From Alkalispirochaeta sp. (GTDB lineage: Bacteria > Spirochaetota > Spirochaetia > DSM-27196 > Alkalispirochaetaceae): a stretch of 64,000 nucleotides of DNA. The stretch spans positions 1-64,000 of the forward strand of contig CBDESZ010000020.1 of assembly GCA_965242725.1 (NCBI GenBank), given 5' to 3'. The notes under the pieces were generated by a model, which worked only from the letters and a program-made list of their open reading frames with translations, ran no database searches and had not been told where the DNA came from. Made by a program: the position numbers and the translations under genes. Numbering within the stretch: the first letter of the stretch is position 1; each line of letters opens with the position of its first letter. This document shows, one piece after another, positions 29,664 through 39,578 of this stretch.

Positions 29664-30644
29664 TTAATTCTGTTTGAATAAAATATCAAGATCAACGCCC
29701 AATTGGTAGTCTCCGTTGGGTTCCAGGGTAATCTTTCTGCTGATCGTGAAATCTCCAAGCCGGATGAGAAGCGTATGTTCTCCCGGCTCGACGGACATCT
29801 CCGACCGGGAAATGAGTTCTCCGTTCCAGAATACCTGCGCAACCGTCGGTACATTGATGTGAACCGTTGCCCGCGGGCGGACAACGGTGAGGGTGACCGT
29901 CCTGATACGCCCACGCTCGATTCCGATGTTGGCCGTGTGGGTGAGAAGATTTCCCGCTTCGGCCCGGAGGCGGTAAATCCCGGGAGTAAACTCCGCGATC
30001 TCACCGGGGGTGATTCTGACGTCGTCGAGGTAGACCTCGGCAATGAGTTCCGCTTCAGAGACGACCTCGTCCTCACCGTCAAACCGGACGATGACTCCCC
30101 CCTTAGGGCGTAAAATAGGCGTCAATTGGAGCGTGAAGGTCGTATCCAGATGTTCCTGGGACATGCCTTTTGCCGCCGGTACCAATTGAATGCCCACATT
30201 GCCGATCGACGGATCCACGTCCGAAATGAGTGCCGTACCGGCGGGGACGCTTTGACGCGGGGAGCCCGCGAAGGTAACGACGGCGGATATCGGAGAGGCT
30301 GCCGTTACGGGAATGCGCTCCTTCTGCATCCCCCCGAGGGTGACGATACCGTCGCCGCCCGGCGCATCCACGGCGTCATATATGACGACGGTGAACATCC
30401 CCGGTTGAATGCCGCTGTCCCGTTGTGGAAGGACCCGAATATCAACGCCCGCGATAAAGCGTCGATCCCCGGGAATTGCAACGACGGCGACATCACCGCT
30501 GCGAAGGGTTGTTTCAGACGGTTGGTCGGGCTCGGGAAAGGGAAGGGGCACCACGTGACCGCGAAAGCTCTGTGCGCCCAGAGGTACAATGGAAACGACG
30601 AGGGCGACAAGAAATATGGAAGAAGACTTTTTTATATCTTTCAT
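29664..30644 (-). CDS. Exported hypothetical protein with PEGA-like beta domains
   Basis: Signal peptide; PGIYRLRAEAG and PGEHTLLIRLGD repeats. Confidence 0.78.
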   Translation of the reverse strand: MKDIKKSSSIFLVALVVSIVPLGAQSFRGHVVPLPFPEPDQPSETTLRSGDVAVVAIPGDRRFIAGVDIRVLPQRDSGIQPGMFTVVIYDAVDAPGGDGIVTLGGMQKERIPVTAASPISAVVTFAGSPRQSVPAGTALISDVDPSIGNVGIQLVPAAKGMSQEHLDTTFTLQLTPILRPKGGVIVRFDGEDEVVSEAELIAEVYLDDVRITPGEIAEFTPGIYRLRAEAGNLLTHTANIGIERGRIRTVTLTVVRPRATVHINVPTVAQVFWNGELISRSEMSVEPGEHTLLIRLGDFTISRKITLEPNGDYQLGVDLDILFKQN

Positions 30645-31604
30645 CTACCGTCTTTCTCTCAAAAGGTACCTGACGGGATCCTGATGTAATCCACGGTGGA
30701 GAACCTCAAAGTGGAGATGGGGACCAGTGGAAAACCCCGTACTTCCGACAGCGCCTATTGTAGCACCTCTTTCTACATATGTCCCCTCCTGAACAAACAC
30801 CTCCTGCAAATGGGCGTATCGCGTTGAGTACTCCCCTGCGTGTTCCAGCGTCAGGGACAGACCGAGCCAGGGATCCCGTTCTATGGCATGTACCCGTCCG
30901 GCGGCGGCAGCATATACGGGCTGCCCGAAGTCGCCGGCAAAATCGGTTCCGTAATGAAATGACCAGATCCCGGTGATTGGATGTGTGCGATATCCATACG
31001 CAGATGAAACGGCCCCTTCCGGAAGGGGGTCGGTGAAAACGATGCGCAGAAAGAGTTGGCGCTCATCGGGGGAAAAGTCTGTACCGGGATACTGGATCGC
31101 TTCCGTCCGGGAGTCGAAGAGGCGGACCGGCTGTGACACTCCCTCGCCGACGGGAGCGTCGGAAAAACGGGCTTCAAGCAGCTCCTCGAGAGGGGAACGG
31201 GGAGTCGGATACACGAACAGGCCGGGCCGGGTGGGTATGAGCAGGGGGGTATCGGCGGGTAGACGGGCATCATCCAATCTGTTAAGGGTGCTGATTGAGG
31301 AGTAGGGCAGCATCAGGCGTGCGGCGATATCGAAGAGCGTTTCTCCCTCTTTGGGGAGATAGGTCATGATCATAAGGGGCGGGGACGGATCCCTGCCCGA
31401 AGCCGCCGCGTAGTGGCCGGCAACGAGAGTCTGATGCTGTTGATATATGGGATCGGTGTGGGCGAGGGTTTCTATACGACTCTGGCCGTATCCGCCCTGA
31501 ACGACGAGTGTACACAGGACGGCCATGACGACGGTAATGGCCGTGGAATGAGGACTATGCAGGATATGCACGCCACGCAAGGAGGCCGGTAAAAAGCACG
31601 ACAC
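30645..31604 (-). CDS. LysM/M23 family metallopeptidase (start uncertain)
   Basis: ETLFDIAARL LysM-like segment; FHYGTDF, TRYAHL, STGPHLHFEV. Confidence 0.92.
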   Translation of the reverse strand: MSCFLPASLRGVHILHSPHSTAITVVMAVLCTLVVQGGYGQSRIETLAHTDPIYQQHQTLVAGHYAAASGRDPSPPLMIMTYLPKEGETLFDIAARLMLPYSSISTLNRLDDARLPADTPLLIPTRPGLFVYPTPRSPLEELLEARFSDAPVGEGVSQPVRLFDSRTEAIQYPGTDFSPDERQLFLRIVFTDPLPEGAVSSAYGYRTHPITGIWSFHYGTDFAGDFGQPVYAAAAGRVHAIERDPWLGLSLTLEHAGEYSTRYAHLQEVFVQEGTYVERGATIGAVGSTGFSTGPHLHFEVLHRGLHQDPVRYLLRERR

Positions 31605-31917
31605 CGATCACCGCGATCGCGATACTGTGTACCAGCAGGGCAATTATGATAACGGACAGATTCGCCGCCGCCGTCCACAGGTACAGCCGTGAAGCGGTCC
31701 GCTTCGTCCGCTTTTGAAGCACCCAATAGACTGCAGCCGCCAGAATCGATACCCCTACGAGAATATTGAAGAGGGTGGGCGTCCGGGTGGCGAGAAACCA
31801 CAGCGGTACGCTGACAAGAGCCGAGACGCAGAGCAGTATAAGAATGGCCGCCGCCGTACGGACCAATCGTATCATGAGCTCGCCATACCCCCGAATGATT
31901 CTTCCGATTACCGTCAT
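31555..31917 (-). CDS. Small hypothetical membrane protein
   Basis: About 4 TM helices; promoter TTGCTA-17-TACTAT 7 nt before ATG 31917. Confidence 0.65.
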   Translation of the reverse strand: MTVIGRIIRGYGELMIRLVRTAAAILILLCVSALVSVPLWFLATRTPTLFNILVGVSILAAAVYWVLQKRTKRTASRLYLWTAAANLSVIIIALLVHSIAIAVIGVVLFTGLLAWRAYPA

Positions 31918-32012
31918 CGCTCTCATAGTAGCCAATCGAAATACCGGTAGCAACCGCGTCGCTTGATTTTTGCGTAGTTAGTGGATACGATTGGTTGAGG
32001 AGTCCGTTAGTC

Positions 32013-32990
32013 TTGCCGAAACCAGTGCGTTTTAAAACCAATTCGGTCGTTTATTTCCAGGGCGACGTAGATGAACGGATCTACATACTCAAATCAGGGC
32101 GTATCGTTCTCCGCTCGCGGGATATCGAAACGGGCCAGGAAATTACCGATCTGATTCAGACCGGTGAGTTCTTCGGGGTGAAAAGCGCCCTTGGACGTAC
32201 TCCGCGGGAGGAAGATGCCGTCGTCCTCTCCGATGCCGAAGTCGTTCAATTCTCCGTCGCGGAATTTGAGCAGGTGGTGACGTCGAATACCCGGATTATC
32301 ATAAAAATGCTGAAGGTCTTCTCAAATCAGCTGCGACGAATTCATTCAAAAGTTTCATCAATGTTGAACCAGCAGGACCAGATCGATCCGGCCGAGGGAC
32401 TCCACCACAGCGCGACCTTTTATTTCCGGAACAGGCAGTTTGACCACGCCGTGTACATCTGGAATCGATATATCGAGCTGTATCCCGAGGGACGTCACAT
32501 CGAAGAGGTGAAGCAGCAACTCTCGCGGGCGCAACAGTCCGCCGGGGGCAGGGAGGGGGCAGGTCGAAAGAGCGGCGACTCCGTAACCGCGCAACCCCGT
32601 GCGGAACTGTCCGATTTGGGGCGCACCTTTTTTGAAGCGGAAAGCGCCTATGCCAACGACAAACTGAAAGAAGCGATTACGGGTTTTCAGAAGGTTCTGT
32701 CGATGCCCGACAATGACGAATATCGATTCAAGGCGCAGGTCCAGTTGGGTCGCTGTTACTTTGACAACGGGGAGCCGGGCAAGACGATACGCCATTTCTC
32801 CCAGGTATTGAAAGAAATCCCCCGTCATCCTCAGATTGGAGAAATTCTCTACTATATCGGTTCGAGCTACCTTAAAAACGGAGACGAGAAAAAGGGCGCA
32901 ACCTTTCTCAACAAAGCCCGTGCGAGCGCGAACGACGAACCGGCGTTGCGGCGAAAGATCGACAAGGCGCTGTCGCAGGCTGGAGGCTGA
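32013..32990 (+). CDS. Cyclic-nucleotide-binding domain + TPR protein
   Basis: YILKSG, GEFFGVKSALGRTPREE; TPR-like helices; GAGGAG SD upstream of TTG 32013. Confidence 0.9.
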   Translation: MPKPVRFKTNSVVYFQGDVDERIYILKSGRIVLRSRDIETGQEITDLIQTGEFFGVKSALGRTPREEDAVVLSDAEVVQFSVAEFEQVVTSNTRIIIKMLKVFSNQLRRIHSKVSSMLNQQDQIDPAEGLHHSATFYFRNRQFDHAVYIWNRYIELYPEGRHIEEVKQQLSRAQQSAGGREGAGRKSGDSVTAQPRAELSDLGRTFFEAESAYANDKLKEAITGFQKVLSMPDNDEYRFKAQVQLGRCYFDNGEPGKTIRHFSQVLKEIPRHPQIGEILYYIGSSYLKNGDEKKGATFLNKARASANDEPALRRKIDKALSQAGG

Positions 32991-32991
32991 A

Positions 32992-33624
32992 ATGGGTGCG
33001 TTTGACCGATTTGCCAAGACCATTCCCAAGGGTCGCATGATCTTCTGTGAGTACGAGCCGGGAAACAGTTTTTACCTCATCCAGGAGGGGCGCGTACAGA
33101 TTACGAAAGTCATGGGAGAGATTGAAAAGGCGATCGACATTCTCCGTCCCGGTGAGATTTTCGGGGAGATGGCGATTCTTGAGGAAGCGCCCCGAAGCGC
33201 GAGCGCCGTCGCCATTGACGACGTCACATTGCTTGAGTTCAACCGCGCCAATTTTGAAATTCTCCTGCAGGGCAATCCGCAGATCGCGTTGACCCTCCTG
33301 AGGACGTTTGTAAAACGAATTTACGACCAGCGCCGGCGCTTTATGATTCTTCGGCTTAACGACGTACAGGCCCGTGTTGCCGATGTCTTTCTCATGCTCT
33401 ATGAAGGCATGGCGTCAAAGGATGTGGACAAGGACCGGTGGGAGTTTCAGGTCACCGCAGACGATGTCGCTCATTGGGCGGGCATTGCGCCGGAGAAAGC
33501 GCGGACGGTGATCAACCAGTTTGTCAATCAGCATCGTATTGAGATGTATCCCGATAAGATCGTTGTGCTGAACATCCATGATTTACAGCGTCTCGTAAGC
33601 AGTCGTAGACGGGACGAGGAATAA
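32992..33624 (+). CDS. Crp/Fnr family transcriptional regulator
   Basis: GEIFGEMAILEEAPRSASA, RVADVFL, HTH DDVAHWAGI. Confidence 0.93.
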   Translation: MGAFDRFAKTIPKGRMIFCEYEPGNSFYLIQEGRVQITKVMGEIEKAIDILRPGEIFGEMAILEEAPRSASAVAIDDVTLLEFNRANFEILLQGNPQIALTLLRTFVKRIYDQRRRFMILRLNDVQARVADVFLMLYEGMASKDVDKDRWEFQVTADDVAHWAGIAPEKARTVINQFVNQHRIEMYPDKIVVLNIHDLQRLVSSRRRDEE

Positions 33625-34542
33625 GTGCCCCTTCCCGTCGTAGCGCGGGCCGACCGCGCACTCCTCGGAATCTTTCGGTATCTTCAACGTCTCCGGAACG
33701 GCGCCCGGCTTCGTTATGTCACAACCGACGACGGACGCGAATGGCCTGTCTATCACTCCAGGCCGGAACAGACAAATATGGGAGAAGGCGTTCCCATCGT
33801 ATTTCTCCACGGATTCGGCAACGACGGCGCAACGTGGCTGCCCTATTTCCCCCTCCTCGGGGTTCGCCGGGAGCTGGCCAGCCCCGATCTTCCCGGATTC
33901 GGCCGTCACATTCTGGCCGACAACGAACAGCTTTCACCACGATGGTACAGTGCCGTCGTATCCGAATTACTTCGGGAGTTGACGGTACGGTGGGGACAGC
34001 CGCCGATTGTGGTGGGAAAGTCGATGGGCGGACTCGTCGGCGGACTCGTCGCGGGAGAGGTTCCCGCTCTGGTTCGGGCACTCGTTCTCATTTCTCCCGC
34101 CGGACTTGAAGCACCGGTCGTCTCCGACTTCTGGAAAGAGTGGAGCGAGGGAAAAAACCGCCTCCTCCCGGAAAACCACGGTGAATGGGATGAGATGACG
34201 AGACTCATGTATCACCGACCGCCGCGGATTCCTTCGTTCATGGCGCGGGTGGCATTACAGTCGATCGCATCCAACCGGCGCCGGTATGAACGCATTTTTG
34301 ACGGGCTCATGTCGGAGGGATACAACCCACTCGGTGATGCCCTTCATCGCGTAACGTGCCCGGTAACGGTCATCTGGGGAGAAGAGGACCGTGTGATGGA
34401 TCCCTCGGGAGCGACAATTATCTCGGAACGCATCCCGTCGGCGGATATACATTTCATTCCGGAGTGCGGACACTCGCCGACACGGGAGACGCCGGGCGAG
34501 GTAAACCGCATACTCCTTCGCGTACTAAGCCGCTGGGGTTGA
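33625..34542 (+). CDS. Alpha/beta fold hydrolase
   Basis: FLHGFG, DLPGFG, GKSMGG, WGEEDRV, CGH. Confidence 0.92.
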   Translation: MPLPVVARADRALLGIFRYLQRLRNGARLRYVTTDDGREWPVYHSRPEQTNMGEGVPIVFLHGFGNDGATWLPYFPLLGVRRELASPDLPGFGRHILADNEQLSPRWYSAVVSELLRELTVRWGQPPIVVGKSMGGLVGGLVAGEVPALVRALVLISPAGLEAPVVSDFWKEWSEGKNRLLPENHGEWDEMTRLMYHRPPRIPSFMARVALQSIASNRRRYERIFDGLMSEGYNPLGDALHRVTCPVTVIWGEEDRVMDPSGATIISERIPSADIHFIPECGHSPTRETPGEVNRILLRVLSRWG

Positions 34543-35877
34543 TTCTCCCCTTCGGCGATCGATGAAAAGCCCCAGAACAAACAGCAGGAAGACGCCTCCC
34601 AGCGTGATCAGCGAACTGAACGCCGGCAGTGTCATGCCCGCGATCAGCGTCAGGGCAAATCCCCCCAGCAGTGTCAGGAGTCCTGTGACCGATCCCGCCC
34701 GGGGCAGGTGAAGGACTCCGAATAACAGCGGCAGGAACACGAGAAGAATTCTCGAGGACGCCACCGACAGTTCGACAAGTGCATTCGGCCGGGTGAGGGC
34801 GAAGAGAGCGACGATAAGGGTCAACACGACGACTGCGACTCGTCCCGACGTTGCCGAGGTGCGGCGGCGAAAGATATCGCGGGAGACGGTGCTTGCAAGG
34901 GTGAGCAGGATTGAGTTGGCCGTGGAGACGGAAGCAAAGACGATGCTGAGGGCCAGCGGCAGTGCGAGGGCGCGTCCCATCCGGCCAAGGAGATGGACGA
35001 TCACCTGGTCACGATTGTCGGGCACCGGGAATATGCCGATAGCGGTTCCGTGCTGCGCGGCAAACCCGATAAAGGTCACGATCAGGGTATAAAGCGCGCC
35101 GAAAACGGCGAAAAGAATGATCATTTTCTTCAAGTCCCGCCGCTTTTCAAGGATGAAAATCCGCTGCAGCACCTGAGGGTTGGTGAGGGCAAAAAACATC
35201 CACGGGAGCGTGAGGTTCATAAAAAAGAGGGGAGTCCACATCGCGTTGGGAAACCGGGACAGTTCAAAGCCCTGAAATTCGTTATTGCTCCACATAAAGG
35301 CGGCAATGGCGACGACGATCATGAAGACGCCCTGCAGCGCGTCGGTGATTGCCACGCCCCGCAACCCCCCGAGGAGTGCCCAGGTGGCGATCACAACGGC
35401 GGCAAACACGACGCCTCCCGTAAATGAGAAGCCGTACCCTTCCAGAATGACCGCCAGACCAATGACCTGGACGGATGTGTACGGTATGAGTGCGATAGCT
35501 GCGACGACTGCCGCCGCGGAGGCGGTGTATGATCCGTAGTGTGATTTCAGCAGTTCCATCGGCGATACGACGTTCCGGGTCCTGGCCAGATCCCAGATTT
35601 TCCCGCCGTAGACGGAGAGCAGGATCACCGTGGCAACGAGATAGACGAGCTCGAAGATCAGGGCGCCCACTCCGCCGGCGTATGCGAGGCCCACAAGCCC
35701 GACCATCATGAAGGCTGAATAGGTTGTTGCGGCGTAGGTCATGGCTGAGATTCCCCAGCCGATCGTCCCGCCGCCGACAAAGTATTCCTTCTGTCCCGAA
35801 CGTTTGCGCATGACGGCGATGGAAACGCCCGTGCCGGTGACGGCATACAGACCCAACAACAGGTAGAAATCGTTCAT
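34525..35877 (-). CDS. Sodium:solute symporter family protein
   Basis: ATTYSAFMMVGLVG, GGLRGVAITDALQG, ASVSTANSILL; many TM helices. Confidence 0.92.
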   Translation of the reverse strand: MNDFYLLLGLYAVTGTGVSIAVMRKRSGQKEYFVGGGTIGWGISAMTYAATTYSAFMMVGLVGLAYAGGVGALIFELVYLVATVILLSVYGGKIWDLARTRNVVSPMELLKSHYGSYTASAAAVVAAIALIPYTSVQVIGLAVILEGYGFSFTGGVVFAAVVIATWALLGGLRGVAITDALQGVFMIVVAIAAFMWSNNEFQGFELSRFPNAMWTPLFFMNLTLPWMFFALTNPQVLQRIFILEKRRDLKKMIILFAVFGALYTLIVTFIGFAAQHGTAIGIFPVPDNRDQVIVHLLGRMGRALALPLALSIVFASVSTANSILLTLASTVSRDIFRRRTSATSGRVAVVVLTLIVALFALTRPNALVELSVASSRILLVFLPLLFGVLHLPRAGSVTGLLTLLGGFALTLIAGMTLPAFSSLITLGGVFLLFVLGLFIDRRRGESTPAA

Positions 35878-35973
35878 GTTTCAGGAGGGTATCAAAGTTA
35901 CCGACCATGTACCAGCTTTTTCACGGGAAGGGGACGTTGAACAAATGGTGGGGGAGGCGTATTCTGTATATTT

Positions 35974-36933
35974 ATGGGAGAGCGGACTCCTGAACGTATT
36001 CAAATCATCACGCGCGGCGGGAGGACTCCCCAGTGTACCCTTGACAGGGCGTGGAATATTCATCGATGTAACGATGAGTTTCTCTCGTGGTGCGGCGGTG
36101 CACGTCGCGGACCCGCGGCAGCGGGGAGCTCTCTCGAGAAAATATTGCCTTCCGCCGTATGGGATCCGTTGCAGGAGATCCTCCTCCAGGGATTCCGCGG
36201 CGAGGTATCCTACGCCATATTCCGGGACTATCGCCCGTCCGCCGGCGAAGATCCGCAGATCTTCGAGCTGTTTATGGTCCCCTCGGACGGACAGGTACTT
36301 CATATAACCTTGCGTAACATCACCGAAAATCATACCGCCCAGCAACGAATGGTGCAGCTCGCCGGCAGATATCAAGCCGTCCTGGAGTCCGCCGTGGATC
36401 TGAACTCGTCCATTCAGGAACTTGAATCGGTCTACCGGACCACTCTTGAAAAGCTGGCAGGGGCGATCGACTTCGAAACGGGGACGATTCAGATTCTCGA
36501 GAACGATATTCTGCGCGTCGTGGCTCACCACGGATTCACGCTTCCACGTATTCTGGATACCCTTCGCTTCCCTCTGGATTCGCGTTTTCCGAATGTCATG
36601 GTGGTGCGCAGCCGGCGTCCCCTGGCGCTTACCGATATTCGTCACGATTTTCCCCACTTCCTGACGGAGAAGGATCAGTTCGGATCGGGACACATACGGT
36701 CGTGGATGGGAGTTCCGATCATCGACCGCGGTGAAGTGTGGGGCATGGTTACCCTTGACCGGTCTGAGGTGCGTCCTTTTGACGGAGAAGACATCGAGCT
36801 GGCGACGGCCATCGCGAACCATGCAGGCGTCGCAATTTCAAACGCCCGGCTCTACGCGACGCTGCAGCAGGCCCTTCTGGAACGGGAACGGCTGGCTGAC
36901 GAACTCGACCGCCGGGGCGGCGACGGTCGATAG
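35974..36933 (+). CDS. PAS-like/GAF sensor protein lacking an output domain
   Basis: GAF motifs IRSWMGVPII and AIANHAGVAISNARLY; ORF stops right after the coiled coil. Confidence 0.82.
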   Translation: MGERTPERIQIITRGGRTPQCTLDRAWNIHRCNDEFLSWCGGARRGPAAAGSSLEKILPSAVWDPLQEILLQGFRGEVSYAIFRDYRPSAGEDPQIFELFMVPSDGQVLHITLRNITENHTAQQRMVQLAGRYQAVLESAVDLNSSIQELESVYRTTLEKLAGAIDFETGTIQILENDILRVVAHHGFTLPRILDTLRFPLDSRFPNVMVVRSRRPLALTDIRHDFPHFLTEKDQFGSGHIRSWMGVPIIDRGEVWGMVTLDRSEVRPFDGEDIELATAIANHAGVAISNARLYATLQQALLERERLADELDRRGGDGR

Positions 36934-37002
36934 GTCCGCGGATTCCGGGGAGCTCTCATTTTTCGTGCCAATTATCCCATTGTGTGATACTCTTCCTCCG
37001 TC

Positions 37003-38286
37003 GTGAAAAGAGTAATTCCTCAAGCCGAGAAGAGGCTGTATTGGGTGTTGTGGATACTCCTGTCGGGGGTATTTCTTTCCGCCGTTGTCGCCGACGGAAT
37101 GCAAGCACTTGTCGGTGCGTGGCGCCTTCAATTTCATCCCGCCCGGCTGGTGAATGATTTTACCGCGGTAGCCGGGGCAGGGGCCGCGCTTGTAAACGCC
37201 GTGGTTGTCGCGGTACTGGCCCTTGTCATCGTGTGGCGATCGAATATTTCCCTCTCGGGACCGACGATAGCGGCGATATTTACCGTTCTCGGGTTTGGAC
37301 TCTTCGGCAAGACGGTTATAAATACGGTTCCGATTGTCGTCGGTGTTGCCGTTTCGGCGCGGCTTGTGGGCAAGTCCTTCGGGGAGTATATCCTTATTGC
37401 CCTGTTCGGTACGGCCCTTGGACCGGTGGTGACTGCGGTTATCGTGGAGACGGGTCTTTCCGGGAGCAGTGCACTCGTCCTGGGGGTGCTATCGGGTGTG
37501 GCCGTTGGACTTCTTCTGCCGCCGGCGGCGATGGCGATGCTTCGTCTTCACCAGGGATTCAGTCTCTACAACATCGGCCTGACCAGCGGGTTCCTCGCGA
37601 TTTTCATCGCGTCGCTCTTCAAGACCGGCGGCATCGTTCTCTTTTCCGGCGGCGAGTGGAACCGGGAACCTGCGCTCCTGTTGCAGTATTTGATTCCTGC
37701 CGTGGGAGTCTATTTTCTCGTCGCAGCTTTTCTCCTTGACGGAAAAAAGATCTTTGCGCAACAGAAAAAGATTCGCGCCATGTCCGGACGGTTGCCTTCC
37801 GACTTCGTCAGTTCCGTCTCAGCCGGCGCCACCCTTCTGAATATGGCCATTCTCGCGCTCGCGTTCTGGCTCTATGTGGTGGTGATCCGCGGTGACTTGA
37901 ACGGTCCCGTACTGGGGGGGATATTCACAATTATAGGATTTGCCGCCTTCGGGAAGCATCCCCGTAATTGCTGGCCCGTGGCGGCGGGGATCATCACGGC
38001 GGCGCTAGTCTTCAACCATCCCCTCGCATCGGCCGGCCCGATACTCGCTGTGCTCTTCGGTACAACCCTCGCTCCCCTTGCCGGGGAGTTCGGAATTCCC
38101 ATCGGTTTTTTGGCGGGAATAGTCCATCTGGTAATGGTCATGCAGACCGGGGCGTGGCATTCGGGTATGACTTTGTACAATAACGGCTTTGCCGGCGGTT
38201 TGACGGCGGCCCTGATCGTATCGGTTATTGAGTGGTGGCAGACAAATCGACGCCAGGATCCCATGGCGAGGAGCAGAAAGACATGA
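37003..38286 (+). CDS. DUF1576 family membrane protein
   Basis: GFGLFGK, LFGTALGP, HQGFSLYNIG, GFAAFGKH, LFGTTLAP, LYNNGF (duplicated domain). Confidence 0.88.
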   Translation: MKRVIPQAEKRLYWVLWILLSGVFLSAVVADGMQALVGAWRLQFHPARLVNDFTAVAGAGAALVNAVVVAVLALVIVWRSNISLSGPTIAAIFTVLGFGLFGKTVINTVPIVVGVAVSARLVGKSFGEYILIALFGTALGPVVTAVIVETGLSGSSALVLGVLSGVAVGLLLPPAAMAMLRLHQGFSLYNIGLTSGFLAIFIASLFKTGGIVLFSGGEWNREPALLLQYLIPAVGVYFLVAAFLLDGKKIFAQQKKIRAMSGRLPSDFVSSVSAGATLLNMAILALAFWLYVVVIRGDLNGPVLGGIFTIIGFAAFGKHPRNCWPVAAGIITAALVFNHPLASAGPILAVLFGTTLAPLAGEFGIPIGFLAGIVHLVMVMQTGAWHSGMTLYNNGFAGGLTAALIVSVIEWWQTNRRQDPMARSRKT

Positions 38287-38666
38287 ATCGACGTGACTTT
38301 ATTTTACATCTCATAAGCGAAGTGGGACATTACGTTCTCGATGCCGATCCCAACAGGATGGTGGTCTCCCTTCATCAGGAAACCGATGGTTTACATCTTG
38401 CGGTCCTGGACGACACAAAACGGAGCTCCGAAGAACTGGACGGTATACGCAACTCCCTGAACGGTACCGCCCGACCGGAGCTGGCCGGATATTACGGGAG
38501 TATGGCGGGCTACGATTTCCTCGGTTCCGCCAGGCTGGACCTTGTCGGATGGCAGGTGAAGCACGCCGACGTATCCGCCACGGACAGCGGAACACGTATT
38601 GATCTGTGGTTGGGAGGGGACCGGTTCAACCCGGCGGATTTCAACATGCCCGACGGGTGCGATTAA
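38283..38666 (+). CDS. Hypothetical protein
   Basis: ATGA overlap with the DUF1576 stop; GAGGAG SD; 127 aa. Confidence 0.75.
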   Translation: MNRRDFILHLISEVGHYVLDADPNRMVVSLHQETDGLHLAVLDDTKRSSEELDGIRNSLNGTARPELAGYYGSMAGYDFLGSARLDLVGWQVKHADVSATDSGTRIDLWLGGDRFNPADFNMPDGCD

Positions 38667-38691
38667 AGGCGGCGCGGCGGGCAGGAATACC

Positions 38692-38781
38692 ATATTATTC
38701 CTTACAGAAACTGTAATAATTAATATACTTGACATTTTTAGAAAACGCTTCAATACTTCATTAAGTGACGTCAACGCTTAA
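38692..38781 (+). promoter_or_regulatory. Promoter of the MBX-Nfn operon with two palindromes
   Basis: TTGACA(38729-38734)-17-AATACT(38752-38757); ATATTA-N4-TTACAG-AAA-CTGTAA-N4-TAATAT (38692-38726); TTAAGTG-N7-CGCTTAA (38761-38781). Confidence 0.7.
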
Positions 38782-38826
38782 CTGTTGTGGCTGCGACGTT
38801 ATCAACAATCCGACAGAGGGGGAAAA

Positions 38827-39324
38827 ATGAAGTCCTTTCGGCAGCGGGGAACCCTTGCGGTCATCCTCGTACTCTTTTGGGTTATCCTCGCGCACCCATT
38901 GTCGGCGCAGGAGATCGGGGTCGGTATCATTGTGGCCCTCATCATCGCGGCGCTACCGCTGCCGGGAATAGACCTGTTCGGTGAACTGAAACCGTTGCCC
39001 CGTCGTATCGGTGCTGCCGGGCTGTTCATTCTCGTCTTTCTCCGCGCCGTCGTTCGATCCAACCTTGACGTCGCCTTTCGCGTCCTGAGTCCGCAATTGC
39101 CGATCAACCCGGGAATCGTGCGGGTGAAGACGCGTCTCAAGAGTCGTATCGGTCGTCTGCTCCTGGCAAATTCAATCACCCTCACGCCGGGAACGATCAG
39201 TGTTGCCATAGACGGTGATGACTTCTACATCCACTGGATCAGCGTAGGAGCGAAGGACGTGGAAGGAGCGACACGACAGATCGTTTGGGAGTTTGAGAAA
39301 TACCTGGAGGTGAGTTTTGGCTGA
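38827..39324 (+). CDS. mnhE: Mrp/Mnh antiporter subunit E (MbxA-like)
   Basis: SNLDVA, PINPGIV, LANSITLTPGT, YIHWI. Confidence 0.93.
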   Translation: MKSFRQRGTLAVILVLFWVILAHPLSAQEIGVGIIVALIIAALPLPGIDLFGELKPLPRRIGAAGLFILVFLRAVVRSNLDVAFRVLSPQLPINPGIVRVKTRLKSRIGRLLLANSITLTPGTISVAIDGDDFYIHWISVGAKDVEGATRQIVWEFEKYLEVSFG

Positions 39325-39577
39325 CACGATTCTCATGGCGGCGGGATGGATCGTCCTCGCGTCGATGGTCGTATCCTTTATCCGCTTCGTACTCGGACCC
39401 GATTATCTCAACCGGCTGGTTGCCTTTGACGCAATGACGATCATGGCACTTTCCCTGATCGTCCTGCTTTCGTGGTACCTGGAGCGGATGATTTACCTCG
39501 ATGTGGCGCTGGTCTACGGACTGTTGAGCTTTCTCGGCGTCGTCGCAGTTGCCCGATTCGGGGAAGGGGAGCTCTGA
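39317..39577 (+). CDS. mnhF: Mrp/Mnh subunit F (MbxB-like)
   Basis: RFVLGPDYLNRLVAFD, YLDVALVYGLLSFLG. Confidence 0.92.
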   Translation: MADTILMAAGWIVLASMVVSFIRFVLGPDYLNRLVAFDAMTIMALSLIVLLSWYLERMIYLDVALVYGLLSFLGVVAVARFGEGEL

Positions 39578-39578
39578 C

